A stretch of 64,000 nucleotides of DNA from an uncultured Muribaculaceae bacterium (GTDB lineage Bacteria > Bacillota_I > Bacilli_A > RF39 > UBA660): positions 946 through 64,945 of the forward strand of contig CAYRAF010000001.1 in assembly GCA_964422195.1 (NCBI GenBank). The letters run 5' to 3'. Positions 1-10,388 of the stretch are shown here, piece after piece. Both the position numbers and the translations under genes were made by a program. The notes beneath the pieces were generated by a model that was not told the origin of the DNA, searched no databases, and saw only the letters and a list, made by a program, of their open reading frames with translations. Each line of letters starts with the position of its first letter. Position 1 is the first letter of the stretch.

Positions 1-336
1 ATTTGCTTTTTGATGAAGACCATCTATATTTTGAGTAATAATAGCTTTTAATTTATTAATATCTTCTAATCTTTTTAATAACCTATGTGTATCATTGGGA
101 TTATACTTTAAACAATTAAAGTTTTCTCTATAATAATTATAAAATATATCTGTATGATTAAAGAAACAATCATGACTTAACATATACTCTGCAGGATATT
201 CATAATCTTTTTTATATAATCCATCTTCACTTCTAAAATCTTTTAATCCACTATCAGTAGATACCCCTGCCCCAGTAAAGGCAACTATATAATTAGAATC
301 ATCAATCATTTTCTTTAACTCATCTATTTTATTCAT
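1..336 (-). CDS. Sir2-family NAD-dependent protein deacylase. Only the N-terminal ~112 aa are in the window; the gene runs off the left edge.
   Basis: Reverse-strand translation from the ATG at 336-334 gives MNKIDELKKMIDDSNYIVAFTGAGVSTDSGLKDFRSEDGLY...ITQNIDGLHQKAN. This carries the sirtuin GAGxS-x-SGI-xDFR and TQNIDxLH motifs. A GGTGG RBS lies 6 nt upstream. Confidence 0.7.
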   Translation of the reverse strand, partial: MNKIDELKKMIDDSNYIVAFTGAGVSTDSGLKDFRSEDGLYKKDYEYPAEYMLSHDCFFNHTDIFYNYYRENFNCLKYNPNDTHRLLKRLEDINKLKAIITQNIDGLHQKAN

Positions 337-430
337 GATCCACCTCTTATATATTAGTATAACATATTCTTGCATTAATAAACTTTTTGTTTTATTATAT
401 TAGTGTAAAAGAGGTAAGGATGGTAGTAAT

Positions 431-694
431 ATGAAAAAAGTAGTAACAGTACTTATTACTATTGTTTTTATTAGTATAATGGTATTATCCTTTGTTGGAG
501 TAATATATTATAAAAATGAAAATAATAGTATAGAAAAACAAAACACTAAAATGAAAGTTGATATTAAAAAGATGAAAAAAGATAGTAGTAAATATGAAGA
601 AGAAATAAAAAAACTAAAAGAAGAATCTAAAGAAAAACTAGAGGAATTAGAAATATGGCAAAAAGCAGAGAAGAACGTAAAAAAAGAAAAGTAA
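431..694 (+). CDS. Small membrane-anchored coiled-coil protein (hypothetical)
   Basis: N-terminal TM helix followed by a K/E-rich coiled coil. Overlaps the next ORF by 40 nt in another frame. Confidence 0.35.
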   Translation: MKKVVTVLITIVFISIMVLSFVGVIYYKNENNSIEKQNTKMKVDIKKMKKDSSKYEEEIKKLKEESKEKLEELEIWQKAEKNVKKEK

Positions 695-1593
695 AGAAAA
701 CTATTATCTTCATCGTATTCCTATCTATAATATCAGCTATTACGGTATTTAATGGTGTTCAATTTGCAAGTATTTATAAAAAAAATAGAGTTTTATTAAA
801 AGAAAAAACTTCTATAAAAAAAGAATATATAAGTTTAAAAGAAAAAAACGATAAAATAACTATAGAAATGAATGAAATAAAAGATACTGATAATAAGATA
901 AAAAAAACAAAGGAAAATGTCTTTAAATACGCTAAAGAATTGGAACAAGATATTAAAAATGGTAAATCAAATTCTAAAATTGCTTATCTTACTTTTGATG
1001 ATGGACCCTATTATTTAACTAATGATGTTTTAAAACTATTAAAAGAAAAAAAAGTTAAAGCCACTTTCTTTACAATAGGTGCTAATAAAGAAAAATGTTA
1101 TGATAATCAAGCTGTTAGCTGTCTTGGTACATATAAAAAAATAGTAGATAGTGGTCATACTATTGCCAATCACACATATTCACATGCAATTTTTTATGGT
1201 TTATATAATAGTACAGATTCTTTTGTAAAAGAAATAGAAAAACAAGAAAAAAATATTAAGGATAAAACTGGAGTAACAACTAATATCTTTAGATTCCCTG
1301 GTGGTTCTGCTACTGCAGGAAACTTAAAAAATGGAATAATGTCTAAACTTAGAAAAAAAGGTTATGGTTGGGTAGATTGGACAGCACAAGATGGTGATGG
1401 TGGTGAATTATCATCAACTGAAGAAGCTTGGTCAATATTTACTTCATCCATAGATGATAATATAGAAGTTGTTTTATTTCATGATTATAACTTAATTACA
1501 TATTCTATTTTACCTGATGCTATTGATTATTTAGAAAAAAACAATTATATTATTCTTCCATTATTTTATGATAGTGTAATGATAAACAAATAA
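655..1593 (+). CDS. Polysaccharide deacetylase (NodB/CE4 family), membrane anchored
   Basis: N-terminal TM segment. NodB motifs TFDDGP and HTYSH. Stretch FRFPGG present. Confidence 0.7.
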   Translation: MAKSREERKKRKVKKTIIFIVFLSIISAITVFNGVQFASIYKKNRVLLKEKTSIKKEYISLKEKNDKITIEMNEIKDTDNKIKKTKENVFKYAKELEQDIKNGKSNSKIAYLTFDDGPYYLTNDVLKLLKEKKVKATFFTIGANKEKCYDNQAVSCLGTYKKIVDSGHTIANHTYSHAIFYGLYNSTDSFVKEIEKQEKNIKDKTGVTTNIFRFPGGSATAGNLKNGIMSKLRKKGYGWVDWTAQDGDGGELSSTEEAWSIFTSSIDDNIEVVLFHDYNLITYSILPDAIDYLEKNNYIILPLFYDSVMINK

Positions 1594-1601
1594 AAAGAAA
1601 T

Positions 1602-2480
1602 CTATTTAGATTTCTTTTTTGTTTCAACATTTGTTTTCTTAGTAGTTGATTTTTTCTTAGGAGAAGTTTTTTTAACTTCTTCTTTATTTTCTTCTTTTTC
1701 TTCAATTTTAGCATCCGGTATTTCTGCTTCCTTTACTTTAGTATCTACTACTATTGTAGATGCACATACATCATGTAATCCTCTACCATCTAAACTCATA
1801 GCTATCATAAATAAGATAATCCATTGTACAAGATTTTTAGCTAAACTTGATACATGAAGTATACTATAACAATTATCTTTTGTAGCAATATACGCTACTA
1901 ATATATCTATTAAGAAGAAAACAACATTATATAGAATAATTGCTCTAACAAATAATTGAGCCATACTAGCAGGTTTATGTTCTTTTGTATCTAATGTCTT
2001 TAAACTCATTATCTTCTTTCCAAGTGTTTGGCCAACAAAATATTGGAATATAACAAAATATAATAATATTACAACAATATAAATTATATTACTAACAACC
2101 GAATACTTATTCATCTTATAATTATAATCCTTATATAAATCTTGAAGTTGATCAGTAGCATTATCTAAAATCTTATTATATTCTTTCTTAGTAATCTTTT
2201 TATCATCATATTTTTCTTCTACTAATTTATAATAATTTTCTGTCTTTTTTGAAAGTTTATTTAATTCTTTCTCATCAATTTTTTTATCTTTATAATATTT
2301 TTTAAAATATTTATTGAAGTCTTGATATTCTTCAGTATCCTTCAAATATGCTTCATAAACTTTATTATAATCATCTAATTGAACATTAATAACACTTATA
2401 TTTGATAACGCAGTAGCAAATAATCCTACCAATAGGATATCTATTACAAATGCAAATACCCTCTTAAAAAACATTTTCAT
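1602..2480 (-). CDS. RDD-family-like membrane protein with inserted coiled-coil region
   Basis: N-terminal RxxAxxIDxLLV motif and GQTLGKKIMSLK motif between TM helices. Confidence 0.4.
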   Translation of the reverse strand: MKMFFKRVFAFVIDILLVGLFATALSNISVINVQLDDYNKVYEAYLKDTEEYQDFNKYFKKYYKDKKIDEKELNKLSKKTENYYKLVEEKYDDKKITKKEYNKILDNATDQLQDLYKDYNYKMNKYSVVSNIIYIVVILLYFVIFQYFVGQTLGKKIMSLKTLDTKEHKPASMAQLFVRAIILYNVVFFLIDILVAYIATKDNCYSILHVSSLAKNLVQWIILFMIAMSLDGRGLHDVCASTIVVDTKVKEAEIPDAKIEEKEENKEEVKKTSPKKKSTTKKTNVETKKKSK

Positions 2481-2510
2481 AATAATTCCTCCTATCCAAA
2501 TTATAACATA

Positions 2511-3968
2511 CTATTTTTTCTTTTTAAACAACAATGAAATTAAACTTTGCTTTTCCCTAATTAAAGATTCTATATTATAACTTGGATTAATATTCTTATA
2601 AATAGTTTTAGCTAAATCATAAATATTTCCATAAGGATATATCATAAGTTTTTTTCTAATCTTATTAAGTTCAGGATCTATAATTATTAATGGCACTCTT
2701 TGTGATAAATTTAAGAAAACTTCATTGCCATAACCATCATTTATATTTTTTCTAATACCATAAAGTGACGATATAAATAAAGTATAATTACTATCCTTAC
2801 AAAGTCTATACATTTGTGATAAAATATCATCTATTTTAACAAATTCTTCACGTATATCCTTTATAGTATTAAAACTATCAATATTATAATTTAATACTAT
2901 AAGACCATATTTAGGATTATTAATAATATCAAATAACATAGAAGAATTATATAATATTCCTGTACTTGAATCAAAAAAATCAATATTATCACAAACTATA
3001 TTCTTTAATCCAGCACATCTATAATTTATATTACTAAGTCTATTTTTAGAATCAATTATCGCAGCTTTTGTATAAATGTTTTTCAAATAATTATTTACAC
3101 ATATATCTGTTGTTCTATCAGTAAATGCACTTGGTATTTGATATCCAATAGGAAACAAACTATATATATTATACTTAATACTTTCATATCTTCTTCTTAT
3201 TTTTTCAGGTATTTGCGAAAGTTTTTGAATAAACTTTTTTACATTCATATTAGTATAATTAAATATTAAAATATTATCATTATCAGCAATCTCATATCTT
3301 GTATTTATACAAAAAGTTTTTATATCACATGGCAATGTATTATTAGCAATTAGATTATTTATCTTTTGATCTGTCTCTCTCCATAACTCACTATAACCAT
3401 AAAATAACGAAGTAACATAATCATCTATTTTACTATCATCAGCTTCATCTGATATATAATTCATACCTACTACACTCGCTACTCTTAGCTTAGGAACAAA
3501 CCCATAACCAAACTTAGTAATTACACCTTTTAGTTCTTTATAATCTTTTATATTATCTGAAGTACAAACTAAATGAACATAAGCTTCTTTAACATTAATA
3601 TCCGCTATATTCTCCATAAAGTTTCTCAAATTATCTAACTCTTTTTCAGTATTAACAAAGTATATTACATGAAGCTTAGATTCAGGATTATTTATCTTAG
3701 CTTTAAACTGTAATAATTCATTATTACCAACTATTTTCTTATCTACGCTCTCATTCTTAATAAAACTATAATTTAAACTACCATCAGATCCTAAACTAAA
3801 ACTATTATAACCATCCATATAATTTAAAGCACTACAATCTAATTGAGTAGAAATATTATGTTTTAAATACATATCAAAATTAGGAGATAAATCTTCATTA
3901 TAAAGACTATATGAACCTTTTTGTTCATAGGCATAACCATTAATTAAAAACAAAACACTTTTCTTCAT
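2511..3968 (-). CDS. Hypothetical 485-aa protein, possibly alkaline-phosphatase-superfamily/iPGM-like
   Basis: Long ORF with a good coding signal. The N-terminus (MKKSVLFLINGYAY) is reminiscent of the iPGM start, but no catalytic motifs could be confirmed. Confidence 0.35.
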   Translation of the reverse strand: MKKSVLFLINGYAYEQKGSYSLYNEDLSPNFDMYLKHNISTQLDCSALNYMDGYNSFSLGSDGSLNYSFIKNESVDKKIVGNNELLQFKAKINNPESKLHVIYFVNTEKELDNLRNFMENIADINVKEAYVHLVCTSDNIKDYKELKGVITKFGYGFVPKLRVASVVGMNYISDEADDSKIDDYVTSLFYGYSELWRETDQKINNLIANNTLPCDIKTFCINTRYEIADNDNILIFNYTNMNVKKFIQKLSQIPEKIRRRYESIKYNIYSLFPIGYQIPSAFTDRTTDICVNNYLKNIYTKAAIIDSKNRLSNINYRCAGLKNIVCDNIDFFDSSTGILYNSSMLFDIINNPKYGLIVLNYNIDSFNTIKDIREEFVKIDDILSQMYRLCKDSNYTLFISSLYGIRKNINDGYGNEVFLNLSQRVPLIIIDPELNKIRKKLMIYPYGNIYDLAKTIYKNINPSYNIESLIREKQSLISLLFKKKK

Positions 3969-4049
3969 AGTACCTCTCCTATTCTAACTATTAAGATTAT
4001 AACATAAATATTAAAAAAAAAGAATAGTTTCCTATTCTAAATATTGTAG

Positions 4050-4511
4050 CTATTTTTTATCAGTAGAGCCAAATCCACCTTGTCTAACTCCAGTAGCGTT
4101 ATCATTATCTACAGTTAAGTATTTCATAAATACAACTTGTCCTATTACATCACCTTTTTTTACTTCAATATCATGATCACTACAGTTGAAGTATGCAAAA
4201 TAGAAATGACCATCATTATCTGGATTTCCATAATAATCACTATCAATCAATCCAACACTATTTGCCATTAAAAAACCTTTTTTTGGTCCACTACTACGAT
4301 TTAATAGTAAAAAGCATTCATCATCTTGACAATACGCTTTTAAACCAGTTGGTATTAATGTAGGTTTTATTCCTGGTGTAAATTTAGGAATTATTATATC
4401 CTCACCAGCTTCTACATCATATCCCGCTGCTCTAGCAGTCTTTCTTTCCGGAAGATTAATTCCTTTATCTTCCCATCCCTTTGCAATCTCAAATCCTCTT
4501 GACTTTTCCAT
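4050..4511 (-). CDS. dut: dUTP diphosphatase (trimeric dUTPase)
   Basis: Motifs AAGYDV, RSSG, GLIDSDYYG and C-terminal GGFGSTD. Sits directly downstream of nrdD. Confidence 0.75.
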   Translation of the reverse strand: MEKSRGFEIAKGWEDKGINLPERKTARAAGYDVEAGEDIIIPKFTPGIKPTLIPTGLKAYCQDDECFLLLNRSSGPKKGFLMANSVGLIDSDYYGNPDNDGHFYFAYFNCSDHDIEVKKGDVIGQVVFMKYLTVDNDNATGVRQGGFGSTDKK

Positions 4512-4520
4512 ATATACCTC

Positions 4521-6623
4521 CTAATCAAAAATCCTTTCAGAATTCTCCCTTGTTATCATATCATTTGAATATCCACAATTTTTTCTAATAATATCCATTT
4601 TATTTCTATCTTTATTACCACACTTTGGGCATACTAATTCATTATTTTCTTCATTAAATTTACCTTCATATCCACACGCATGACAATAATCATATTTTGA
4701 ATTAAATTCCACATATAATACATTTTCATATGCATATTTTAAAATAGTCTCTAAATCTTCTAAACTTTTATATTTATCTGGAACATCTAAATATATAATA
4801 GATCCCCCACTAGTTAAATCTTGGAATTCTCCCTCTAATTTCAATCTTTCAAATACATCTATATCATTACCATCTATATGATAAGAATTAGAATAACAAT
4901 CCTTATCAGTAACATCTTTTATAATACCAAATTCCTCTTTATCACAACTTAAGAATCTACATCCTAAGAATGGTGATTCTACACCACATAAAACAAATCC
5001 TAAGCCAGTTTCTTTTTTCCATCTATTACAAGAATCAATCATAGTTTTCATTATTTTTAAAGCAAATTTCTTACCATTTTCTTCTCTAATTGTCTCTTTA
5101 GTTAAATACTTTACAACTTCATGTATACCAACATACCCTAATGATAAAGTAGAATAGCCATTTTTTAAAAGCTTATCTATTACTTCACCCTTTTCTAATC
5201 TAGATATTGCTCCATGTTGCCAATGTATAGGAGAAGTATCAGAATATGTACCAAGTAAAGAATGATATCTGCACATTAATGCCTCGTAACATAAATCTAA
5301 TCTTTCTTCCAATAATTCCCAAAACTTATCTATATCATTTTTAGACTCAATTGCTATTCTAGGTAAATTTAGACTAATAATTCCTTGATTAAACCTACCT
5401 TCAAATTTATACTTATTATTACTATCTTTATAAGGAGATAAAAAACTAGTACATCCCATAGGACTAAAAACATTACCATTATAGATTTCTCTCATCTTTT
5501 TCGCAGAAATAAAATCTGGATATAGTCTCTTAGATGAACACTTTAAAGCAAGTGTAGTTAAATAATCATATTTACCACCATTTAAACAATTATTCTCATC
5601 AAGCACATAAACTAATTTAGGGTATATTGGTGTTATTAATAAACCATCCTCATTTTTTATTCCCTCATATCTTTGATTAATTATTTCTTCTATTATCATT
5701 GCATTTTCTTCTATATAAGGATCGTCATCAGCTAATCTTAAAAACAAAGTAACTGAAGGGGCTTGACCTGTAGTAGTCATCAAAGTATTTATTTGATATT
5801 GCATAGTTTGTACCCCAGATGATAATTCTTCTTTAACCCGATCATCAACTATACTCTCAATTATCTTTTTATCTATTTTTCCTTTATATTTATCATTTAA
5901 TTTCTTTAAAAATTTATCACGAGAAACTCTTAAGTATTTTCCTAAATGACTAATATCTATAGATTGTCCACCATATTGATTAGATGCTACTGCAGCTATT
6001 ATCTGAGTAGTAACAGTACAAGCCACTTGAAAAGATTTAGGTGACTCAATCATTTTACCATTCATCACAGTACCATTATCTAACATATCTTCTATATTAA
6101 CTAAACAACTATTAAAAATTGGTTGAATAAAATAATCCATATCATGAAAATATAAGACTCCTCTATCATGAGCTTCTATGATTTTTTCTGGAAGTAATAT
6201 TCTTTGAGTAATATCTTTAGAAACTTGACCAGCAATAAAGTCTCTTTGTGTAGAAGCAATAGATATAGTCCTATTAGAAACTCCTGGTGTTAAATCTCTA
6301 TTTTCATTTCTTATAATACTTAAAATAGATTCATCGGTCTTATTAGCTTTTCTAACCAAAGCCCTAGTATATCTATAAACTATATATTTTTTAGCAAGTT
6401 CAAACTTTTTAAATTCCATTAATTTCTGTTCTATAATATCTTGAATATCTTCTACTAATATTCTCTTTTTATTTAAAGATTCTATATATTCTATAATCTT
6501 TTCAATTTGTTTTTGAGTAGCTTTTTGTTTACCCTCAACTTCTGCATTAGCTTTTGATATTGCAAGTTCTATTTTAGATTTATCATAATATACTTCTTTA
6601 CCATTTCTTTTGATTACTTTCAT
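4521..6623 (-). CDS. nrdD: Anaerobic ribonucleoside-triphosphate reductase (class III)
   Basis: N-terminal ATP-cone (VIKRNGKEVYYDKSKI). C-terminal zinc ribbon CHACG...CPKCG followed by a glycyl-radical tail. 700 aa. Confidence 0.9.
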   Translation of the reverse strand: MKVIKRNGKEVYYDKSKIELAISKANAEVEGKQKATQKQIEKIIEYIESLNKKRILVEDIQDIIEQKLMEFKKFELAKKYIVYRYTRALVRKANKTDESILSIIRNENRDLTPGVSNRTISIASTQRDFIAGQVSKDITQRILLPEKIIEAHDRGVLYFHDMDYFIQPIFNSCLVNIEDMLDNGTVMNGKMIESPKSFQVACTVTTQIIAAVASNQYGGQSIDISHLGKYLRVSRDKFLKKLNDKYKGKIDKKIIESIVDDRVKEELSSGVQTMQYQINTLMTTTGQAPSVTLFLRLADDDPYIEENAMIIEEIINQRYEGIKNEDGLLITPIYPKLVYVLDENNCLNGGKYDYLTTLALKCSSKRLYPDFISAKKMREIYNGNVFSPMGCTSFLSPYKDSNNKYKFEGRFNQGIISLNLPRIAIESKNDIDKFWELLEERLDLCYEALMCRYHSLLGTYSDTSPIHWQHGAISRLEKGEVIDKLLKNGYSTLSLGYVGIHEVVKYLTKETIREENGKKFALKIMKTMIDSCNRWKKETGLGFVLCGVESPFLGCRFLSCDKEEFGIIKDVTDKDCYSNSYHIDGNDIDVFERLKLEGEFQDLTSGGSIIYLDVPDKYKSLEDLETILKYAYENVLYVEFNSKYDYCHACGYEGKFNEENNELVCPKCGNKDRNKMDIIRKNCGYSNDMITRENSERIFD

Positions 6624-6669
6624 GAAAAACCTCCATTATCTTTATTATAATAAATTTTTAATTTATAAA

Positions 6670-6687
6670 TTGTTGCTTTTGCAACAA
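6670..6687. promoter_or_regulatory. Perfect 7-4-7 palindrome TTGTTGC-TTTT-GCAACAA. Putative FNR/CRP-family operator for nrdD and the divergent regulator gene.
   Basis: Seen directly in the sequence. The centre lies about 41.5 bp upstream of the TSS predicted from the nrdD -10 (TATAAT at 6649-6644 on the minus strand). It also overlaps the -35 region of the divergent crp/fnr-like gene. Confidence 0.4.
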
Positions 6688-6740
6688 AAATAAAATATAA
6701 TATTTTTAAGCAAATACCAATTTAATAGGAGCTTTATTTT

Positions 6741-7376
6741 ATGGGAAAAATGACGTTATTTAATAACATTACAGAAGAAGATAAAAATAAATTATTAAAC
6801 TGTCTACAATGTCGTCAAGTTACATATAAGAAGGAACGTACTATCATCTCAAATTTAGTAAATACCCGTCTAATATGCATTGTTATTGATGGTATAGTAG
6901 ATTTAGTAAAATATGACTATAATGGAAACAGAACAATAATTGAAGAATTAGTTAAAGATGACGTTTTTGGTGAAGTGTTTTCTGCCAATCTTAGTAGCGA
7001 TATTGCAGTTGTTGCCAAAACAGACTGTGAAATTATGTTTTTAGATTATCATAACGTTATTACTAGATGTAAAAAAAATTGTCCTTTTCATGATAAACTA
7101 ATCGAAAATATGTTAAATATGATATCTAGTAAAATTATTGATAAGAATGAACGTATCGATGTATTAACTCAAAGATCAATTAGAGATAAGCTATTAAGTT
7201 ACCTAGAAAAACTAGCAAATCATAAACTATCTAAAACTTTTGTTATTCCTATATCATATACTGATCTAGCAGATTACTTATCGATTGATAGATCAGCAAT
7301 GATGAGGGAAATAAAAAAATTAAAAGATGAAGGATTTATAGATACAAATGGCAAAAAAATCACTATATTATATTAG
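6741..7376 (+). CDS. Crp/Fnr-family transcriptional regulator
   Basis: cNMP-binding beta-barrel plus C-terminal HTH (SYTDLADYLSIDRSAMMREIKKL). Cys-containing N-terminus (CLQC...C...C). Confidence 0.75.
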   Translation: MGKMTLFNNITEEDKNKLLNCLQCRQVTYKKERTIISNLVNTRLICIVIDGIVDLVKYDYNGNRTIIEELVKDDVFGEVFSANLSSDIAVVAKTDCEIMFLDYHNVITRCKKNCPFHDKLIENMLNMISSKIIDKNERIDVLTQRSIRDKLLSYLEKLANHKLSKTFVIPISYTDLADYLSIDRSAMMREIKKLKDEGFIDTNGKKITILY

Positions 7377-7382
7377 TGATTT

Positions 7383-8297
7383 TTATTTAAACAATTTTTT
7401 TAAATTTTTCTTCGGAAGTAATAATTCAACTACATAACTATTTTTAATAATAAACTCATCACCATTATCTTCTAATTCATCACCATCAATACACCAATTT
7501 TTTTCTAATTTATTATTAAATTTTATTTTTAACTCATTAGTTCGATAAAACTCAAATCCTGGTGCTTCATTAATCTTCCCTTTAAGCAAATATCTAATAT
7601 TTTTAAATATTTTATATCCACTAGTTAAATTGCAAAATAATACTTCAAATCTATCATCATCTAGTTTTATATCCTTATAAACATTATTAAATCCCGCTAT
7701 TCTATCAGCATTAGAAATAATAGCAAAAGTATATTTACCATGATGTTTCTCTTTACCAACTTCAAAATCTATATCATATAATTTAGGTCTACCAGCAATA
7801 TCTTTTAACATATAAACAACATATGCCAAATAACCTATTTTCTTTTTTAATTTAATTGGTGTGGTATACGGTATATCAGTAAATTTCCCAAAACAAGCAG
7901 AGTATGAAAAGACATTATCATTTATAGTACAGATATCTACTTTTTTAATCGTACCTGAAAGAATATTTTTCAAATTAGTAATTATATTAGTACCATAACC
8001 ATACATACTAGCTATATCATTAGTTGTTCCTTGCGGTAAAATAGCTAATACTAGTGGTTTTTTTCTTTGTACATTAGCACTAACTATTTCACTAAATGTA
8101 CCATCCCCACCCATAGATATAACTAAATCTGCATAATCAATATTATTTACTATTTCACTTGCATGGCCTCTATATTTAGTATATATAATTTCTAAATCAT
8201 AATTGTATTCAGATAATACTTTTCTAATTCTATCAAAAATATTATTAACCAATTTTTTACCACTTTTTGGATTATAAATAATAACACATTTTTTCAT
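7383..8297 (-). CDS. Diacylglycerol/lipid kinase family protein (YegS/DgkB-like)
   Basis: DAGK_cat motif ISMGGDGTFSE, ~300 aa. Confidence 0.75.
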   Translation of the reverse strand: MKKCVIIYNPKSGKKLVNNIFDRIRKVLSEYNYDLEIIYTKYRGHASEIVNNIDYADLVISMGGDGTFSEIVSANVQRKKPLVLAILPQGTTNDIASMYGYGTNIITNLKNILSGTIKKVDICTINDNVFSYSACFGKFTDIPYTTPIKLKKKIGYLAYVVYMLKDIAGRPKLYDIDFEVGKEKHHGKYTFAIISNADRIAGFNNVYKDIKLDDDRFEVLFCNLTSGYKIFKNIRYLLKGKINEAPGFEFYRTNELKIKFNNKLEKNWCIDGDELEDNGDEFIIKNSYVVELLLPKKNLKKLFK

Positions 8298-8349
8298 ATT
8301 ATCACCTAATTGCTAAACTAATTATATCATACAACGAAGAAAGAGACAA

Positions 8350-9441
8350 TTAATCTGCCTCCTCTGTTAACTTAACTTTAGCGGTATGTTCTTTACCATT
8401 TCTTATGTAAGTAATATTAACTGTATCTCCTACTTTATGTTTAAATAATTCATATCTTAAGTATCCTACTGAAACTACTTTTTGATTATCTATTTTTATA
8501 ATAATATCACCTTTTTTAATACCTGCTTTTCCAGCTCCAGAATTTTTATAAACTTCCGCAACTACAGCACCTTCAGTAATATCGCCAACATTAAATCCAT
8601 ATTGATATAAAGCAGTAGTATTAGATACATTTATTAATGTAACACCAAGCATTGGTCTTTTGATCGCTTTTCCACTTTCTAATTCATTTATATGTGCCAT
8701 AGCATACTCTATAGGAATAGCAAATCCCATACCTTCTATTTCGTCTTGAACTAATTTCATTGAATTAATTCCAATAACTTCACCATTTATATTAAGTAAA
8801 GGTCCACCAGAATTACCTGGATTAATAGCAGCATCAGTTTGTAAAACCTTCATAGCATAATTTGCTGAAGAAGAATCACCAACAGCTACTTCTACTATTC
8901 TATTTCTACCTGATAAAATACCACTAGTTACTGTTCCTCTATAATCATATCCAAGCGGAGAACCAACAGTAAATACTGAATCCCCTAATTTAGATTTTTC
9001 ACTATTACCAATCTCTGCAACTGCTAATACCTTATTTGCAGGTATTGTGATTACAGCTAAATCTAAGTACTCATCTCCTCCAACATAAGTAGCTTTTACT
9101 TCTTCATCTGTTGATAAAGTTATCCTTATATCTTTGGAACTTGAAACAACATGATAATTAGTTAATATATACCCCTTATCATTTATTTTTTTATAAACAA
9201 ATCCAGTTCCACTACTAGCTAATTTATTATTAGAATAATTTCTTATTAATACAACAGCATTATATACTTTTTCTACAGAAGCACTAATACCATCTTTATC
9301 AATAATAGTTGTTTTTTTATAAACTGTACTATTTTCAAATAATTTTTTACATAGTGGACTAGTCATAAAGAAAAACATACAAGCTGCCCCAACTATCACT
9401 GAAAATATTACTAAACATATTCTTATACTTTTTTCTCTCAT
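8350..9441 (-). CDS. htrA: HtrA/DegP-family serine protease with PDZ domain, membrane anchored
   Basis: N-terminal TM. Catalytic triad context: H..D and GNSGGPLLN. C-terminal PDZ domain. Confidence 0.85.
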   Translation of the reverse strand: MREKSIRICLVIFSVIVGAACMFFFMTSPLCKKLFENSTVYKKTTIIDKDGISASVEKVYNAVVLIRNYSNNKLASSGTGFVYKKINDKGYILTNYHVVSSSKDIRITLSTDEEVKATYVGGDEYLDLAVITIPANKVLAVAEIGNSEKSKLGDSVFTVGSPLGYDYRGTVTSGILSGRNRIVEVAVGDSSSANYAMKVLQTDAAINPGNSGGPLLNINGEVIGINSMKLVQDEIEGMGFAIPIEYAMAHINELESGKAIKRPMLGVTLINVSNTTALYQYGFNVGDITEGAVVAEVYKNSGAGKAGIKKGDIIIKIDNQKVVSVGYLRYELFKHKVGDTVNITYIRNGKEHTAKVKLTEEAD

Positions 9442-10388
9442 TATAACCTCTCCATTTCTATATTCTTTATATCTTCCCAGTTAGAAGGAAATCCCATCCT
9501 ATCATATACCTTATTGATTGTTATAGTATGTAAATTATATTCTAAGTTGTTTATACACCTCTTTATCTCTTCAACCATATTAGAAAACTCATATTTACTA
9601 AGCATTCTCTTTAATATTATAACTAAAGCAAACAAATCATCTTTACCATAAATATATTCGCCATCCATTTTATCTATATTAAGTAATTTATGATAAATAC
9701 AATCATCTATAGAAACCTTAGTTCTATTCTCATAAACTATATCTTCATGAGCACATAAATTACGATAATTAGCCAATATTGGTAAATACCTATTCAATTC
9801 CTCTACACTTATATTATATTGATCAGCCAAAGCTTTTTGATCATCAATTTTTAATATTGCAAATAATTCAGTAACTATTCCAAAGGATAAAACTTTAACT
9901 AATACCCATAAAGGAACATAACCATAATTAGTAATATAATGAAGCGTCGCAGAATGTTGAGCACCATTTGCTCTTACTTGCTTCTTCATCTTTTTTATTA
10001 AATCATTTACTTGCTTACTCTTAGCTGAATCTTCAACAAAGTTTTTAGGATTCAAATAATCTTTTTCTTTATATCCATATTTTTTTGATAATTGATAGGA
10101 TATCATAGATTTCAAATTATTTTCAATAACTAATAAATTTTTAAATAAAATATATCTAAAATCGCGATCAAATAGGAATAAGCTATATAATTCTTCAAAA
10201 GTAGTACCAGCTAAAAAAGATTTATCTTTACTAGACTTCATAAATAAATGTCTATATCCATTTATAAAGAAATAATTCTCTCTAAATAAAACTTCTTTAG
10301 CTAAAGCTTCATCATTAATTAATAAACCTTTAAATTTAAGAATTTCTACTTGTTCATCTAAATTTTTAAATTGCTTTATCCCCGCCAC
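9441..10388 (-). CDS. Abi_2 (AbiD/AbiF-like) abortive-infection family protein
   Basis: The N-terminus (KQFKNLDEQVEILKFKGLLINDEALAKEVLFRENYFFINGY) matches the Abi_2 family signature. Its stop overlaps the htrA start (TAATG). Confidence 0.55.
   Translation of the reverse strand: MAGIKQFKNLDEQVEILKFKGLLINDEALAKEVLFRENYFFINGYRHLFMKSSKDKSFLAGTTFEELYSLFLFDRDFRYILFKNLLVIENNLKSMISYQLSKKYGYKEKDYLNPKNFVEDSAKSKQVNDLIKKMKKQVRANGAQHSATLHYITNYGYVPLWVLVKVLSFGIVTELFAILKIDDQKALADQYNISVEELNRYLPILANYRNLCAHEDIVYENRTKVSIDDCIYHKLLNIDKMDGEYIYGKDDLFALVIILKRMLSKYEFSNMVEEIKRCINNLEYNLHTITINKVYDRMGFPSNWEDIKNIEMERL

Noticed and set aside
431-1593. 431-694 and 655-1593 as one frameshifted gene
   Set aside because: Both ORFs have their own N-terminal TM segment and plausible starts, and the overlap is short. 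The first ORF is kept as a low-confidence separate small protein.
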